The position numbers were made by a program, and so were the translations under genes. Below the pieces are notes generated by a model. It saw only the letters and a list, made by a program, of their open reading frames with translations. It did no database searches and was not told the origin of the DNA. Source: Hydrolagus colliei (taxonomy: Eukaryota). From it: a stretch of DNA of 64,000 bases. Within the stretch, counting starts at the first letter, position 1. The number at the start of each line of letters is the position of its first letter. The stretch lies in contig CM068775.1 of assembly GCA_035084275.1 (NCBI GenBank), positions 1,302,001 to 1,366,000 on the forward strand, read 5' to 3'. Of this stretch, positions 61,746 to 64,000 are shown piece by piece.

Positions 61746-62289
61746 ATTTAGCTTGGGTCATGCTTTACTGCTTTACGCAGAATTGTAGCAAGTCCACAAC
61801 TTGGCTAAAATGTAAAATACACGCACACATTTAAAATATATTTGCACAAATTTCTGGTATCAAGTACAGCAAACTATCACAAATTACATCAGGAACTCAC
61901 TTTTCACATTGGGAGGACATTCCAAGACACTGAATCAGGATACAGTTTGTACTGGTTTCAAAACATTTGGTATTTCAAAAAAGTTCTGCAATCTTTCTAC
62001 TAATAATCATCTTTGCCTTTGATATGGAGCTGTTTCAAACCCTGGGAGACATCTCAAACCATTTACAGTTTACAAGTGAAATGACTGTATATTTTGAACA
62101 TTCTTATTAAATCCGTCCCCACCACCCTTCCAAGCAGTGCATTGCAGACTGTAATACAACAACAATAACACCTCCAGAATTATCTGACTGATAGAGATGA
62201 AGAGTTACACTGTCTTCATTTCGTTGGATAGAATGGGCTAAAGTGGAGGAACCCGGAATGCGTATTGATTTGAACACAATGAGGATAAT

Positions 62290-62470
62290 AATAAAACATC
62301 AACAGAAATGGCTGGGAACACGCAGCAGGTCAGGCAGCATCTATAGAGAATGGAAAAGTCAGTCAACCGTTCGGGTCCACGATCGTTTGTCAGAACTGAC
62401 GAATGGCCCTCAACCCAACCCAGGGCTCTCCAGGCTTCTCCCTCTGACCTGCTGCCGTCTCTGGGCTTCA
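62290..62470. mobile_element. Penelope-like terminal repeat fragment (partly inverted)
   Basis: CAGCAGGTCAGGCAGCATCT... followed by an inverted CTGACCTGCTG; family assignment from recalled resemblance only. Confidence 0.35.
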
Positions 62471-62637
62471 GGCCTCGTCCCACCCCACCCCCACCCTTTG
62501 AGGGGTCGTCATTGCCATCGCTGCCAACACAAGTCTCCTGAAGGCAGTGAAAGTCTTGAGCGAGCGCCGACCGTTTGGGGCCGAGGAGCACGCTGGGTGA
62601 GGGGGGAAGCAGCGCATGTGTCAGGCCACGTGCTGGC

Positions 62638-63037
62638 GGGGACCTGATAGAGGTCTTCAAGATCATGAAAGGTATCGACAGGATAGATAGGGAAAAGCTG
62701 TTTCCTCTGGTAGGTGTGTCTGTGACACATGGTCACAGTCTTAAGATATTTACTAAAAGAGGCAGATTAGAGGTTAGAAGAAATGTTTTTACTCAGCGAG
62801 TTGTTCGAATTTGGAATGATCTGCCTGAAAAGATAGTGAGTTCCGATTCGATAGCAGCTTTTAAGATAGAACTAGATAGGTATCTGGGGAAGACGGGGTT
62901 CCGGGGTTATGGGGAGAAAGCTGGTGATTGGGGTTAATGAAAGTGACTTGCTCGGTCACAGAGCCGGCACAGACTCGATGGGCCGAATGGCCTCCTTCTG
63001 TGCCGTAACATTCTATGATTTTATGATTCTATGATTT
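62638..63037 (+). mobile_element. Well-preserved CR1 LINE 3' end
   Basis: GDLIEVFKIMKG...RRNVFTQRVVRIWNDLP...FKIELDRYL, 3' UTR GATGGGCCGAATGGCCT and (TTCTATGA)n tail. Confidence 0.9.
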
Positions 63038-63039
63038 GA

Positions 63040-63510
63040 GATCGCGCTTTTCACGTCTTCTAGACATTTCAAAGCGCTTCACAGAATATACAGTAAAGTG
63101 AATTGACTGTGTACATGTGGGCGAAATGTGGCAGCCAATTGCGCACAGCAGTGTCCCACAAACAGTCATGGATTAAATGACCGATTTCTTATTTGAGATA
63201 TTGCACTTTTCAAGTTTTTTAGGCATCTCAAAGCGCTTAACTGAATATACTGTAAAGTGAATTGACTGTGCAGTTTTGGATTTACAGTGAAATGAGATAT
63301 CGATGCCTTTCACCCTCAGCTCAGCCGTCTCTGAACATTGAGCTGATTAGCTCTGAAATCATTAGTTTGCTGCCAGCGACCAGTGTCACTGTGTGTTAAG
63401 CATCTCATTTCACCCACAAATATACAGTCAAGTCACTTTACAGTATATTCTGTGAATTGTTTTGAAATGTCCAGAAGATGTGAAAAGCGCTATAGCTAAT
63501 GTAAGGCATA
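63040..63510. mobile_element. SINE body/tail fragments
   Basis: Same family as 3130-3420, present in both orientations. Confidence 0.65.
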
Positions 63511-64000
63511 TTATTATAAACAACTGGATCTCCTACACTGCAGCTGTGTTACGTAGAGTTTACTATTTGTTTATTCAAATACAATCTGTGTATTTTTGGC
63601 AGATCAGTTGGTGTAAAACAGGAAACTGATGATTATAAAGCAGCAACGACCTATTGTGTCTCTGTGCACTGTTAGGAAGCCTCATTCCATTGCTGTTAAA
63701 ATCAATTGAAATGAAGTCTGAACTCTGACTGTCGCTGACTGAAATAGTGACTGGTGTGTGGGGCAGCTGAGGGAATGAGACTGTGAGCAACACATTAATG
63801 CCAATATCAATTAAAATGAAAACCTTCACTATTATTTCTGTAATATCTGAGCAGATTGAGTGGCTGTATTTTCAATCAGATTCCCAACAGTATAAACCCA
63901 CTTTACTCTCAGACTCACCCCCTCCCCCAGATCAGCCTCTTTAAACTGCAGCCACTTTCCTTATATTAAATAACGGATTGAAATACATATTAGAACCGAT

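Noticed and set aside
63640-63680. TTYCVSVH, resembling the end of an Ig domain
   Set aside because: Does not fit YxCxVxH or YYC-RSS; stop follows; no upstream Cys/Trp.
1-64000. CRISPR array, rRNA or prokaryotic defence system
   Set aside because: Spliced vertebrate genes and vertebrate retroelements throughout; no repeat-spacer array or rRNA-like sequence seen.

Overview
This is vertebrate DNA, almost certainly from a cartilaginous fish, judging by the compact V-D-D-J IgH clusters, the shark IgM-like V/J/TM sequences and the two-exon GPR139-like receptors. The window is a tandem array of four related units. Each unit is [spacer + IgH V promoter + variably preserved leader/V/D/J] followed on the same strand by a two-exon GPR139-like 7TM receptor gene. 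Unit 1 has V-D-D-J at 0.4-1.6 kb with the leader displaced, and GPCR-A is a pseudogene. Unit 2 has leader plus a half V at 25.3-25.6 kb, and GPCR-B is intact. Unit 3 has only the Ig promoter, fused just upstream of GPCR-C, whose ORF is open but has lost two conserved residues. Unit 4 has a complete leader-V-D-D-J at 48.1-49.5 kb, and GPCR-D is intact. After the last GPCR come IgM-type membrane exons, TM1 (57.8 kb) and TM2 (59.9 kb). I found no CH constant exon anywhere in the window, so GPCR genes occupy the position where C-mu would be expected. J donors, leader donors, a conserved acceptor just upstream of each GPCR ATG and the TM1 acceptors are all phase 1, so V(D)J-GPCR, leader-GPCR and CH-less V(D)J-TM splices are formally in frame; this is inference. 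Against function, both complete V segments carry a CGCAGTG heptamer and some framework decay. The rest of the window is L2/CR1 LINEs (one near full length), tRNA-derived SINEs, ERV LTR and gag remnants, a hAT element, a MITE with telomeric repeats and a 728-N gap. All coordinates were read by hand; no database search was run.
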